Part shown: piece after piece, positions 1 to 11,044 of the stretch
Layout: each line of letters starts with the position of its first letter
How positions within the stretch are numbered: the first letter of the stretch is position 1
Assembly: GCA_009859145.1 (NCBI GenBank)
Contig: VRVR01000007.1
Location: forward strand, 186,001 to 250,000
DNA from: Andalucia godoyi And28
Taxonomy: Eukaryota > Protista > Jakobida
Length of the DNA: 64,000 bases
Direction of reading: 5' to 3'
Notes under the pieces: model-generated
Told to the model about the DNA's origin: nothing
Seen by the model: the letters and a program-made list of their open reading frames with translations, nothing else
The model's database searches: none
Program-made: the position numbers and the translations under genes

Positions 1-110
1 GACCTACTCGCTGCTATCCTGCATGGAAGCAGCCTGCGCATAGTATATATATAGTTCAACTGAAATAAACCAAAGCACAACAACCAGCATATCTTGTTGA
101 GCCTTGCTCA

Positions 111-635
111 TCACTGCAGCGTGTATCCTAGCGCTTCGAGGTCCTTGTAGATTTGGTTCATGAGGAAGATGCGTTTCCTGCGCAGCATGGTTGCTCCGTC
201 AATGACACGAATGATCTGGATATGCAGTTCGCGGGCAACAACTGCGACCTTGTCTGTGTCCGCAGCCGCAGATGCATGTGCAAGCTCTTCGGAAGCTGCT
301 TCCGGATTGGAAGCTGCAAAATCCGCCGGTTCGCAAGGAAGCAGCTCGTCCAGTCGTTCGACCGAGATCGATGGCAGTTCAGGGCAGTACGCCGTCCTGA
401 ACTTGTCCAGATAGTTCAAAAGCTCAAAATCATGCGACGCATTGACGGTTATCACTCGGATCACTTCCGACAGCAGAGTCTTACATTCTTCAATCGAGTA
501 AAGCCGCGGTCCATGCAGCTCAACCCGAGACACAAGATCGGACCGGCAGTCCGATAGCGTGAACCCTTCAATCGACCCGTCGTCCAGCTTCTTCCACCGA
601 TGTGCAGAACCTCGCGCCGCACGTCTTGCACTCAT
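111..635 (-). CDS. Hypothetical protein, 174 aa from first ATG
   Basis: Open frame from ATG 635 (MSARRAARG) to stop at 111, helical composition, A-rich upstream flank. No family motif recognised. Confidence 0.5.
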   Translation of the reverse strand: MSARRAARGSAHRWKKLDDGSIEGFTLSDCRSDLVSRVELHGPRLYSIEECKTLLSEVIRVITVNASHDFELLNYLDKFRTAYCPELPSISVERLDELLPCEPADFAASNPEAASEELAHASAAADTDKVAVVARELHIQIIRVIDGATMLRRKRIFLMNQIYKDLEALGYTLQ

Positions 636-839
636 TCCAACAAGTCTTCCGCGCAACGATCAATAACAATCAATGTTTTAAAAAAAAACTCCTCATAGAA
701 TATGAATTTCTGCTTATTACGATGATGATGATGGTACATATGCAAAAGGAATGATTGGGATCCAAGAGCGGTGCAAATCAAGAGTCAATTGATGCTTGAA
801 AAAAAAAGGCCGGTTGGAACTTCTTCAGATGAAAATGGT

Positions 840-840
<1 letters not shown>

Positions 841-866
<26 letters not shown>
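841..866. repeat. (CT)13 microsatellite
   Basis: Read directly from the sequence. Confidence 0.9.
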
Positions 867-871
<5 letters not shown>

Positions 872-1050
872 ACTCTGTTCAGTGTCTTTTGATTTTGCGC
901 ACAAATGGTACTTTTATAATCCTCTTTTGTGTATTTCCTTTTCTTTTTCTTTTCGTTTTCCCATTTGTCTTTTGATTTTTCTTGTTTTTGTTTTTGTTCT
1001 TCTGCGTTATATTATTCTCGCTGTTCCTTTTTCTTTTCTCTAGGTCTTGC

Positions 1051-1083
<33 letters not shown>
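1051..1083. repeat. (TGT)11 microsatellite upstream of the phosphatase ATG
   Basis: Read directly; it produces the spurious poly-Leu/poly-Val N-termini in the ORF track. Confidence 0.9.
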
Positions 1084-1085
<2 letters not shown>

Positions 1086-1121
1086 TTCTCCCCGCTCTGG
1101 TGTTATTGGCGCGTGAGTTCC

Positions 1122-3725
1122 ATGGGCCAGTCTCTTTCTGTCAGTCCGGATGCGCTGAAGCTTGAAGATGTTTTGTCCTCAAAGTTCTCATCTTCTTCTT
1201 CGGCTTCGGTTTCATCTTCGTTCGCGACAGCTTCTGATGCGCCTGATGCTGCATCTCCAACACAGCTTTCTGAAAATTCAAGCGTGATTCGCGGCTGGAA
1301 ATTCTCGTTTTGTGCCTCGTCGTGTGAAATCAAAGTGGACTTGCTTGATTCTCTCCAGACATGCGACTCGGAGTGCATCGTTCTGGTCCATTCCTATGTC
1401 CCTGTTCTTGGTTCTGGCTGTCGCTCTGGCTCTGCGTCTGAGAGGACACCGAATACCTCAAAGCAACACAGTTCTTCTTTGGAAATCCTGGATAATACAA
1501 CGACGAATAATAATAACAGTGGCAGCAGCAACAAAAACAACAACAACAATAATAATAATAATAATAATAATGGTGGTGGTGGTGGTGGTGGTAGTAGTCG
1601 AAGTAGTAGCAGCGGTAATTCGAACGGCTCTGCGAGGGTTTCAGGGATTGTAGAGTCCTGCTCGGAATGCTATTCTCCACGAGGACTTAAGACACCGTTC
1701 AGTTGCATTCCTGGTACCTCGCACGCTTCTGGTCTACCCCGAGCGTGGAGACATGAGATTTATGTCTGGAATGGTCGGAAGTCGCTATCACTGATCAGAG
1801 CTTCGGCGCTGAGGAGGGCTTTTGAGCTCGAGAGGAAGCTTCTGGCAGATCAACATGCAAGCATAAGCCTTGTTTCTGCTTCAGGAAATGGCATTGTCCA
1901 CGTTGCCAACGACATCCAGCATGCAAAGGGGTCGCTGCTTGCTCTGAACGGACTTGTGCGGTCACTGACTTCTCTGTATCCTGCATGCGCTGGGAAGACT
2001 GAAGTCCCGAATCGTTCTTCGCAATTAGTGGACAGTGAACCAGCGAACAAGGTTCCAAAACTCGCCTTTGGATCTCAGCAGCCTGCATCGCCAACGTCTC
2101 CGCGGCAACAGCAAAAGCAGCAGCAGCAACCTGCGATTTCCTCAAGGACCTCTTCGAACTCTTCAGCGACGTCATGTGATGAGTTGTCTTCATCGGAGAG
2201 CGAAGAGAATATGTTAGAACGCCAGCCTGAGCCCCCAAGACGGCCTGTGCCCGTGATGAAACCGCTCGGAATGTCAAAACTGAATAACACTCAAGAGAAG
2301 AAGGGCGAGAAAACGCAGGCGTTGGAAAAACAAGATGTACAAAATAACGCTGTCAGAGACCAGCCGGTGCAACAACAGCAGCGGCGGGAACGGCAACAGC
2401 AAAATTCGGCTTCTGAACCCATCGACGGATATGCGAATGACTATGAAAAGCAAGTTGCGATCCGAAATGCCTACTCTGAGCTGACTCCAATCGATGATTG
2501 GTTGTTTATTTCCGGGTCAGGAGCATCGGAGGACGTCAGGAAGATTGTGGAGGCTGGCATCACTCACGTCGTGAATGCTGCTGCAATGGTAACAAACACC
2601 ATTTATCCAGCTCCGATCCAGCTTCTCAAATTGTTCCCCGCGGATTCCTCCACTGTCGACCTGCTGTCGCTGTTTCCGCAGGTACTAGAGTTTGTCCTTT
2701 CAGCAAGGGAACAGGGAGGCAAGGTTCTCATTCACTGTTCCCAAGGAATTTCCCGATCATGTGCGCTGTCCATCGCGTGTCTCATGTACTTCAACAAATG
2801 GACATACGATACTGCGTTCTCCTTCGTCAAGAAGTTCCGCAGAGTCTGCTCGCCGAATGCGGGCTTTATCGGCCAGCTGTTGGAGTTTGAGAGAGACTTT
2901 GTTAGGCCCGATGTGCCTTCGCAGGTTTCCAAAGCGAATTCGAGCGTTCTCGTATTCCGTTCTTGTTTGTTTTCTCGCGACTACCTTCATCAAGGGTTTG
3001 TTTGTAAGAAGGTGCCGTTCTCGCCGCAGAAAGGCCTGGAGACTGTTTTGGATTCTCGTAGTGTCTTTGTCATTGTAGGAACCGATTTGCACTACATTTA
3101 CGTTTGGAAAGGTCAAAGAATCGCCGACGAATCCCTTGAACAATCTCTGGTGGACTGTGCCAAATCCTTTGCAAACTACGTCCTTCGAAGATGGCAGACG
3201 CTTGGAAAAGGTAAGGATTTCCGAATACTTGAACAAGGCTGCGAAGATGATGCCCTGCTAAGTCTTTTCCACGATTCGTCATTGGTTCCTGAACGCGTTG
3301 CCGCCTACGACGCTGATACTCCATCTTCTTCCCCGTCGATTGCCAAACTCTCGGAAGCCGCCGCCGCGGCGCCTCCATTGAGAGACAGTAGTTCCTTGGA
3401 GTCCTCCAGAATGGAAACTGTCTCGGCCCGTGTGCAGTACATGATGTTCGAGTTTCCAACCTTTGAGGAACTCACGAGCTACGACGACGATGATTTGAAT
3501 CCAGACTCTGCATTTGTATTTATCGGAAAAGGCGCAAGGGATGTTTATGTATGGGTAGGCGCGTCTTCAGAGCTGAGCGAGGCAGACAATGCAGAGGTTG
3601 TGGACACTGTCTTGGATTCATGCGACGCAGCCCCTACGGAATTGGTGTCACTGCTGACAGAAGGCCGAGTGTTAGTCATTCGGGATGGCGACGAGTCGGA
3701 CGAATTTTGGTCTGCTTGCTTCTAA
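1122..3725 (+). CDS. Dual-specificity (MAP kinase) phosphatase with C-terminal gelsolin-like segment, plant MKP1-like architecture
   Basis: Catalytic loop VLIHCSQGISRS (HCxxGxxRS), 'WLFISGSGAS', 'GITHVVNAA', 'RRVCSPNAGFIGQLLEFE'; gelsolin-like 'LDSRSVFVIV..YIYVWKG' and 'LNPDSAFVFI..VYVWVG'. First ATG at 1122 (MGQSLS). Poly-Asn/Gly tract at about 1500-1610. Confidence 0.85.
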   Translation: MGQSLSVSPDALKLEDVLSSKFSSSSSASVSSSFATASDAPDAASPTQLSENSSVIRGWKFSFCASSCEIKVDLLDSLQTCDSECIVLVHSYVPVLGSGCRSGSASERTPNTSKQHSSSLEILDNTTTNNNNSGSSNKNNNNNNNNNNNNGGGGGGGSSRSSSSGNSNGSARVSGIVESCSECYSPRGLKTPFSCIPGTSHASGLPRAWRHEIYVWNGRKSLSLIRASALRRAFELERKLLADQHASISLVSASGNGIVHVANDIQHAKGSLLALNGLVRSLTSLYPACAGKTEVPNRSSQLVDSEPANKVPKLAFGSQQPASPTSPRQQQKQQQQPAISSRTSSNSSATSCDELSSSESEENMLERQPEPPRRPVPVMKPLGMSKLNNTQEKKGEKTQALEKQDVQNNAVRDQPVQQQQRRERQQQNSASEPIDGYANDYEKQVAIRNAYSELTPIDDWLFISGSGASEDVRKIVEAGITHVVNAAAMVTNTIYPAPIQLLKLFPADSSTVDLLSLFPQVLEFVLSAREQGGKVLIHCSQGISRSCALSIACLMYFNKWTYDTAFSFVKKFRRVCSPNAGFIGQLLEFERDFVRPDVPSQVSKANSSVLVFRSCLFSRDYLHQGFVCKKVPFSPQKGLETVLDSRSVFVIVGTDLHYIYVWKGQRIADESLEQSLVDCAKSFANYVLRRWQTLGKGKDFRILEQGCEDDALLSLFHDSSLVPERVAAYDADTPSSSPSIAKLSEAAAAAPPLRDSSSLESSRMETVSARVQYMMFEFPTFEELTSYDDDDLNPDSAFVFIGKGARDVYVWVGASSELSEADNAEVVDTVLDSCDAAPTELVSLLTEGRVLVIRDGDESDEFWSACF

Positions 3726-3879
3726 GTCGTAACGGCAGAGGAAGCATAACTTACGGGAATTGTTAGGATTGTGAAGTCATGAAATCTATCATAACAATTG
3801 GGAACTTCGTGTACCCCTCCAAGTAGTTTTAAATTAATAAATTTTAAAAAATTCGTATTGTTTTTTCCGCCAGAAATGT

Positions 3880-5859
3880 TTATGACTGCGATTCTCCAAA
3901 AGACACGGCCCCGGATTCGTCAGCATCCCTGTGCTTCTTCCATTGCAGCGACACCTCGGCTTCGTTAAAACTCGTGTGCCATCTCCTGCGTGCGTTCCGA
4001 TCCTCGTCAAGCATTGCAGCTAGATTCTCTTGCAAAACCAGCGTTCTTCTAAGACCCAAGCTCTTGCTGCTTGACTTCTCGCGAGGAATGTACCCAGTTT
4101 GCGAGCCGGTTTCTACGAAGCAGTCGGACCTCCCTTCAATGGAGCTTGGTTCCTCGACATCGACAACAAAAGACTCTCCTTGGGAAGCCCTCTGGAAATT
4201 TCGCACAGAAGTATTCACTGCCCTCGGTGTCCGGTTGCCTGGCGCTCGAGAGCGCCCAAGCGGAGCCTCGAGATTGTCTGAGAGGGTCATATCAAGTTGC
4301 TGGGCAAAAATCACGTCTGGATTCGTGTGGGCGAAAAATGGCAGAGGAGGGTGTGGTGTATCGTGAGAAGCGGTTGGAGAAGGCTTTGGAGAAGGCTTTC
4401 TGGCAGAAAAATACTCAAACACTGGAGCAGCAGAGATGGCACTTAAAATTTCGCTAGTTGTCGCAGCTGCCGCCGTTGAAGGAGAAGGAGGTGTTGCAAA
4501 CCGGACGGTTTCGCGGGGACTGTTCAGTTTTTGCTCTCCAAACGCCGCAACAACAGGTTCGTTCACCTTTTCTTCCCAAGCGTGGTGCTTTGCATCCACT
4601 CGATCACGCAACCTCCTCCGTTCGTCTTCCACATAGGGCTTGATTTTTGACTCCACCGTGGAAGGATCGAATACAGGATACAGCGGAATAGACCAGAGCG
4701 TGCTCTGACGCTTCGGCTTTGCGGACTTCGGCGATTGTGCCTTTTGATCTTCCGAAACAGAAATTCTCTCATTCTCGACGACAGGTTGTCGGCGCCGGAG
4801 GCCACCCTTGGATTCTCGCCAAAGTTGATCCGCCGACAAGAATTCAACGCGATTCCTATTGTCTCTCTCCCTCCCACTGCTCGGAAAACACGCGGCGCTG
4901 CTGTATCGGGGGTTCACATGCAAGTATTGCGTCGTGACAATGTCATTGCGCAACACGTTTTCCTTTTCCACGGTGGGTTTCGGAACCGAGTAGGCAAGTC
5001 TAGGCGGCGATCTGGCCTTCTTTTTCTTCTTTGTAGCCTTCTGTTTTGGTGCCTCACATGTTTGAATAATTTCCATAACGGAAGGAACCGCAACTGCTTC
5101 CGTCTCTGCTTCCCTTGCCTCACTGGCAAGCCTCGGCACATCGTCTTCGGCTCCTGCATCTGATCGCTGCAGCCGATTCTTCTTTTTTGTGCTGGCGGAC
5201 TTCTTCACTGGTTCCTTGTGCGGAGTTTCCGCGTCCGATGATATAGTAGTGCCTTCCTCCGACCGCTGCAAATGATGTGGACACCACCAAGTTTCTAAAG
5301 GCTCTTCCGAGCCTGCTGTTCTCCACTTCGACGAAGGCTTCGAACGAAGGCTTCCGAGTCCCGCAAGCGCGCTCTCCTTTGCTGAACTGACGCGCGATTT
5401 ACAAGACGACGAGCTCTTTGATGAAGCCGGCATTCGTCCTACAGATGACGACGGAGGCGACTGTGAAGTAGAGCTGCAGGAATGCCGAGCTGCAGAGTTC
5501 GAGAATGCACATGCCGTTTTCTGATGAAATTCGAGACCATCGTTGAAGTGCGCCACAGCGTTTTCAAACTCCTTGAGAATGGAGACTGCTTTCGGGAGGT
5601 GCAAAGCAATTGTGGCATGGAGGTTCTCTGTCATTACATAGTTTTCGAGATCCTCTAATGTCATCGATGCAATTTTTGCGTTGTTTCTTTCCGCAGAAAT
5701 GCAAAGAATTCCAGCAAGCATAGTTGCTCGGACGACTCGAGACCACTGCTTTTCCTGAAAGACATTCAAAAACTCGCGAATTCTTTTATTTCGAAGCAGA
5801 TAATCGAATTCTGATGCTGCATGAACCTTGCTCCGATCGTCCATTCCTGCTTTGTCCAT
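3880..5859 (-). CDS. Hypothetical protein (659 aa): short folded N-terminal segment, then a long disordered S/P/K-rich region
   Basis: Long ORF; first ATG after the (GTTTTTC)n tract is at 5859 (MDKAGMDDRSK). No family recognised. Confidence 0.7.
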   Translation of the reverse strand: MDKAGMDDRSKVHAASEFDYLLRNKRIREFLNVFQEKQWSRVVRATMLAGILCISAERNNAKIASMTLEDLENYVMTENLHATIALHLPKAVSILKEFENAVAHFNDGLEFHQKTACAFSNSAARHSCSSTSQSPPSSSVGRMPASSKSSSSCKSRVSSAKESALAGLGSLRSKPSSKWRTAGSEEPLETWWCPHHLQRSEEGTTISSDAETPHKEPVKKSASTKKKNRLQRSDAGAEDDVPRLASEAREAETEAVAVPSVMEIIQTCEAPKQKATKKKKKARSPPRLAYSVPKPTVEKENVLRNDIVTTQYLHVNPRYSSAACFPSSGRERDNRNRVEFLSADQLWRESKGGLRRRQPVVENERISVSEDQKAQSPKSAKPKRQSTLWSIPLYPVFDPSTVESKIKPYVEDERRRLRDRVDAKHHAWEEKVNEPVVAAFGEQKLNSPRETVRFATPPSPSTAAAATTSEILSAISAAPVFEYFSARKPSPKPSPTASHDTPHPPLPFFAHTNPDVIFAQQLDMTLSDNLEAPLGRSRAPGNRTPRAVNTSVRNFQRASQGESFVVDVEEPSSIEGRSDCFVETGSQTGYIPREKSSSKSLGLRRTLVLQENLAAMLDEDRNARRRWHTSFNEAEVSLQWKKHRDADESGAVSFGESQS

Positions 5860-5910
5860 TCGCACGAGAAAATGCGTCAGTGAATGAAGAATCAACGATA
5901 AACGATAAAC

Positions 5911-5981
5911 GAAAAAACGAAAAACGAAAAACGAAAAACGAAAAACGAAAAACGAAAAACGAAAAACGAAAAACGAAAAAC
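5911..5981. repeat. (GAAAAAC)n heptamer tandem repeat, about 10 units
   Basis: Read directly; lies just 5' of the minus-strand gene starting at 5859. Confidence 0.9.
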
Positions 5982-6244
5982 GCAGCAGAACGGCCACACC
6001 GTTAATTAAAATCACTACAGCGGATTCGCATTGCGCGCCAAGGATTTGACGAATTCGAGAGGTGTTGAGCAAAGAATGGGAAAAGGCGGAAGAGTGCAAT
6101 AAACTAATAATTCTGTACAGCTAACGGAACTGGAAAGTAATAATGATAATGATAACAACAGCGCGGAATCAGGGATATGAATTGTCAGTTGACACACGTG
6201 GTGAGAAAACACGCCCGACCAACATGAAGTGCAAGCTCTTGGTG

Positions 6245-7645
6245 TCAGATCCAATCTGCACCGGTGTTGAGATGATATGATCGCTTGTTGTTGTTTGCAG
6301 GCTTGTAGTATGCAGGGCCAGGAACCTTGACGACCTTCCCTTTTCGCGGCGCATCGTCTCCGGATTTTGGAATAGAGGAAAGGAAAAAGCTGCTGCTAAT
6401 CATCTTTTTGGGCACTTCGGAGGGGTTGTAGTAGTCTCCAGGAGCGGGACCGGAGCCTTCGGCAGACTGGCGAATCACGGTTGCCATGGATCTTCCAAAT
6501 CGATCGACAGTGACCTCGAATGCTGGAGATCCATGTTCCACGTGCACACGGAGTCCTGGTCTCCTGGGCAGCTTCTTGTGCTTGCCGTCAGAATCCGCAT
6601 CCGACGACCCCGAGCCATCCACGGCAGCTGCATACGAACCTGGACCTGGGTTCTCGATGGGGATGTTCCTCATAAACTCCTTTTCTCGCTGCGTACCAGA
6701 TCGAAATGCTGCTGAAGGCATGCGCAACTGCACAGGAACGTACTCTCCGTCTTCTCGAAGTCCATTCGGTGCGATTGCGGATGGTTGAGACTTGCTTTGT
6801 CGCTCGAGAGATGGCGAACGATTAGGTGACGAGGGATCGACACCGTGCCATGAACTCAGGCCGTTTGCGTCTGAGGATCTATTCTGATTCTGCCGTTGCT
6901 TTTTCCGATCCAGCTCCTCCGCAGTCACTTCATTAATGGGCCGTTCTCTGAGCTGTCTTCTTGTCGACGTCACCTGATCTGCAGCTCGAAAAGGGGATGC
7001 TGCTGCTGCCAAATTGTGGTCCGAGGCGCTTGCAAAGGAGCCTGGAGGGGAACCGTCGGTCTTTGGCGTAACAAGCCGTTCGGCACCCGATCGGAACGCT
7101 GCAGACCCCGGAACATGCCGTCTGTTGGTAATGGACTCGTACTCGGAATAGTCATAACTTCCGGGACCAGGAAGCTTGGCTTGCCTTGCACGGATGTTAT
7201 CCTCATGTGAAACTTCAAATAGCGGGCGTGCGAATGCAGAAGACACTGGATTTCGGTTTTTCGTAACAAACGACGATCCTTCCTCTGAATAATAAGCCCC
7301 CGGTGGAGGTGGGTTAAATGTTGGAAATCCAAGCTCATACCATCTTTTCTCCTTTGCGGCTAATCCAGAGGCACCGCGTTTAGAAATCGATTCCTGCGGC
7401 TTTGAGACTGCATTGTACGGTGATTCATAGCTTCCAGGACCCGGAGACTCTTCCCACGACTCTTGAAATCGCTGTGCCGAGGACGAAAACCCCCGATGCT
7501 CACGATCAGAAAGATTCAAAACGGTCTCAAACTTCGTAGGAATGGAATTCGTGGTTTTGTGTGTTTGAGAGTTCGTCCCTTTTAGCAACTTTCCGTTCCG
7601 TGAAACGCCCACTTGCCGATGGGAAATGCCAACGTCCGACAGCAT
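6245..7645 (-). CDS. Sperm-tail PG-rich (SHIPPO/STPG) repeat protein, probably ciliary
   Basis: Repeated PGPGSY / PPPGAY / PAPGDY / PGPAYY motifs with SxF spacers, 466 aa. Confidence 0.8.
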   Translation of the reverse strand: MLSDVGISHRQVGVSRNGKLLKGTNSQTHKTTNSIPTKFETVLNLSDREHRGFSSSAQRFQESWEESPGPGSYESPYNAVSKPQESISKRGASGLAAKEKRWYELGFPTFNPPPPGAYYSEEGSSFVTKNRNPVSSAFARPLFEVSHEDNIRARQAKLPGPGSYDYSEYESITNRRHVPGSAAFRSGAERLVTPKTDGSPPGSFASASDHNLAAAASPFRAADQVTSTRRQLRERPINEVTAEELDRKKQRQNQNRSSDANGLSSWHGVDPSSPNRSPSLERQSKSQPSAIAPNGLREDGEYVPVQLRMPSAAFRSGTQREKEFMRNIPIENPGPGSYAAAVDGSGSSDADSDGKHKKLPRRPGLRVHVEHGSPAFEVTVDRFGRSMATVIRQSAEGSGPAPGDYYNPSEVPKKMISSSFFLSSIPKSGDDAPRKGKVVKVPGPAYYKPANNNKRSYHLNTGADWI

Positions 7646-7894
7646 CCAGAACTCTCGAAACTACAATTAAAAAAGAACCTATTTAGCCTCTGTCCAATCC
7701 TCGGAACGAATAAGAATTTTAGAAAACACCATTCAAAAAGCAAAGGGAAAAAATCAGCAGATGAAGAAAAAACGAGAAACATTTCAGAAATCAAAACGAA
7801 AAACATTACCTATTTTAAAAAACCCAACAGCTTTGCGTACAGTAGGTTTCTTCGCAGGTATTGATTATTTTTTATTTTATTTCTTTAACGTCTC

Positions 7895-10087
7895 TCATTC
7901 GAAAACAAGCTCGACGTCGGGAGAAATAGACGCCAGCGATTTAATAAGGGACACTAGAGAAATGTGAGACTCCTGCGGAAGTACGTTAAACCGCGTTTGT
8001 AAAACGTGAAAATCTCGCAGCGCAGCCAAAATCGGTTTTAAGGATCCTTCGAAAGCATCGAGCACTCGAACAGCAGAGTCCATGCAGTCCGAGATAAGAA
8101 GCCCAATCATGAGGCCAAGATAGCAACGAACGATCTCGACTTCCAGTCTGGCGACTTCTCGTTCCCGGCTTTCGCCCTCACTCTTGCCCTCCCCACCAGA
8201 CTCTGCATTTCGGCGGATGTCATGGTCCTTAAAAACAGAAACAAGCAAGTCGATTGCATTCTTACCCGTCGCCACATTCAAACTGCGTACTCTCTTTCGG
8301 GTGGAAGCCGATACTTCAGAGAGATTGACCAAAAGACCCAGCGAGAGGACAAACATGTCGAAATCAGCAGGAATCAAGAAGGAAAACAGCGTCTGAATGA
8401 TGAACATCGTACCAACACGCGTGGCGTTGGCAGGATTGTGGTTGGTGGAATTCATGAGAACGCGGACGCATCCCTGAACAGTCTGGCGAAAGAGTTCATC
8501 CGCGGACTCGGCGGTGGCAACTAGGATAGAATCAGTGGAGGTGGACTTCACAAACGAAAGCCAATCAATGACAATGGGACACAGATCAGGGCATTTTGTG
8601 TGGAATTCGAACGAACCGGTTGCTGTCAGTTGCTCCAGCAGCTCGAGAGTGCGCAAAGTCTCCCACAATCCGACTTTCAAAGATTCATTGTCGACATCAT
8701 CGTCCTCCTGAGATCTCTGGGTCGCAGACGACGTCTGTGAAGAGCATTTCGACGACCGAGAATTGGTTACTTTCAGCCATTCGTCCAGTCCGGAGTCTGC
8801 GCCATTCTCCCGCTGAGAAGACGATTGCGAGTCCCTATCTGATGCGCCAATCTGCGAAGCTGCAGACAACGAAAGCCGGGACCACTTACGCAGCCGCATT
8901 TGCAAAATTTCTACGCATGTCTGGAGGGAAGAAGTCTCGTTCAACAAATCCTTTCGAACAGCAACGTTTGACGAGCAAATCAGGGTCAAGACAAACATTG
9001 CTAAATTAGAAACATGCACTTCTTCGTAGCAGGGAGCGGGGGTGATTTTTGAAGAGAACACCTTGAACGCTTCCAACGCCATAGCATAAAGAGCCTTGTG
9101 CAAATCCCACGTAAAGCATGAATCCTCGTCGCAAAACAGAGGATGATAGCGATTCAAACACCTCGCTATCGTCTGCACAGTGTCCATAGGAACAAAATCG
9201 CAGTTCATCGGATCCCTGCAAAGTAAAGCCAGGCAAACCAAGCACAAGTACGCCAGCGTTTCGTCCTCGTCAAATTCCGACAATGCTTCCAAAACACGAG
9301 AAATCAGACCACGTGAACGCAGGAACAGCGGCAAGCTGTCGTCTTCGAGGAATACCACCAGTCGATGGGCAGACATTCTTCGTACAGACAGTGTATTCGA
9401 CGGAAACAAGCCATCCAAGAGAAAATCTAATTCATCCAGCTTTTGCGTATTTCTGCCAGCAGCAACGAGGGACTCTTTCGCTGCAGAACCTCCAAGCGAA
9501 GAACTGCTCAACGCCTTTAGACGTTTCAATTGCATTGCGGCCAAAGAACCAGAGCCAATAGAGAAGGAATCCGAAGGGCTCTGACGCGCATGCCGTGGAA
9601 TTTTGGAAGCAGATGACGGAGCCGAAGGTGTGATCTCGAATGAGCTGTCGGTTAAATGCGATGTTGGTTTGGGGGCTTTCACTGGAGACGGAGAAAACAA
9701 AGCCAATGCTTTTTGGCTCGATCTCGCAGAAAGCATGACGTCACTTTCGAAAGGATTTTCGTCTGCCATCTTCTTTGTGATTTTCTTTGGTGTCGAATTA
9801 GGACTTCCATTTCTCATCTTCTTTGGAGAACGACTGGCGGCTGACTGCAGGCACACTGACTGCGATGGTTCTCGCTTCGATTCACGGTCGCTTGTTACAT
9901 CGCAAGTATCGCCATCACCTGAGGTTGCTGTAAGAAATCAACTGGAAGAACAAGAGACTGCCGAGGAGAGGAAAGGGGAGGAAAGGAAGAACGTAGCACA
10001 AAGATGCATACCAGAAGCTGAACAGTCGTCGGACGAAGAAATTCTGCGAGGAGACTTCCTTGTGTTGGTCGAGTTTTTCGACTGCAT
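7895..10087 (-). CDS. WAPL: WAPL (wings-apart-like) cohesin release factor; 2 exons, join(10087..10012, 9927..7895), about 702 aa
   Basis: WAPL-domain start 'DELDFLLDGL..SVRRMSAHRL..FLRSRGLISRVLEAL', 'VRVLMNSTNHN', 'LSLGLLVNLSE', 'YLGLMIGLL'. An 84-nt intron GTATGC..TTACAG (10011..9928) joins ATG 10087 in frame. Confidence 0.8.
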
Positions 10088-11044
10088 TTCCTAGACGATC
10101 GAGAACCCAAAAAAGCAACGAAATCCTCGCCTAGATAAGAAAATCTCGCACAGGATATATAATCGATCCTTTGTTTTGCACTCTCGAACACTTTAAAAAC
10201 ATGCAAGCGAGAAAATCGAAAGGATGAAGAAAGAGGGAGAGAAAAAGACGGGAAATGGTGAACGACAAGAAGCAAATACCCCACGCAGTTCAAACACCAC
10301 TTCTCGATTTTTGTATTATTATTATCACTATTATTTTATTATCACTATTATTTTATTATCACTATTATTTTATTATCATTGTTTATTTATTTATTTTTAA
10401 TAAACGCTGCCAAAAGAAGAAAGGGGGGAAATGCAGGAAACGTGAGACATGCGCTCGCGGCGAGCTCTTCCGAAATTTTGAAATCGGAAATCCAGCTCCC
10501 GCCAGATGCTCTCGAGCGCGGCACACTGTGAATTTCACTTTTTCAGACCCTTTCCGAGTCCCCCTCCCCGCCTTCGGTCTCGGACCCTATCCACCATTGA
10601 ACAGCAGTCAGTGTTTGCTTGGCTTCTTTTTTCTTTTTCTTTTTCTTTTTCTTTTTTTGTTTTTGCCTTTTTGTTTTTCTTTTTCTTTTTCTTTTTCTTT
10701 TTTTGTTTTTGCTTTTGTTTTTTCTTTCAATCTTGTGTGCATTTGCGTGCTATTGCTTGTTTATTTATTTATTATTAGTAGTAGTAGTATTTATTTTTTT
10801 GGGGGGCGGAGACGGAGAATGACAAGCTTGCTACTTTCTTATCCATTTTCCATTCGCCATGCTGGTCGTCGGCTGACCATTGTGGATATTGGACATGAGT
10901 ATTCAGGACAACAGAGTGCCAAATATCGCAAACGAAAGGTATGCTCGGCTCGGCTTTTTTTCCCCCTTCAACCGCGGGTCCACTTGCTGCGCTAATCTGT
11001 TTTCTTCCCCCTGCTTTCAAATCTCGGTGTGCATACAGAGTTCC

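Noticed and set aside
771-1165. Short hydrophobic 'membrane protein' ORFs (also at 10255-10995, 59000-59331, 62607-63171)
   Set aside because: They are translations of T-rich or microsatellite intergenic tracts (poly-F/L/V/S).
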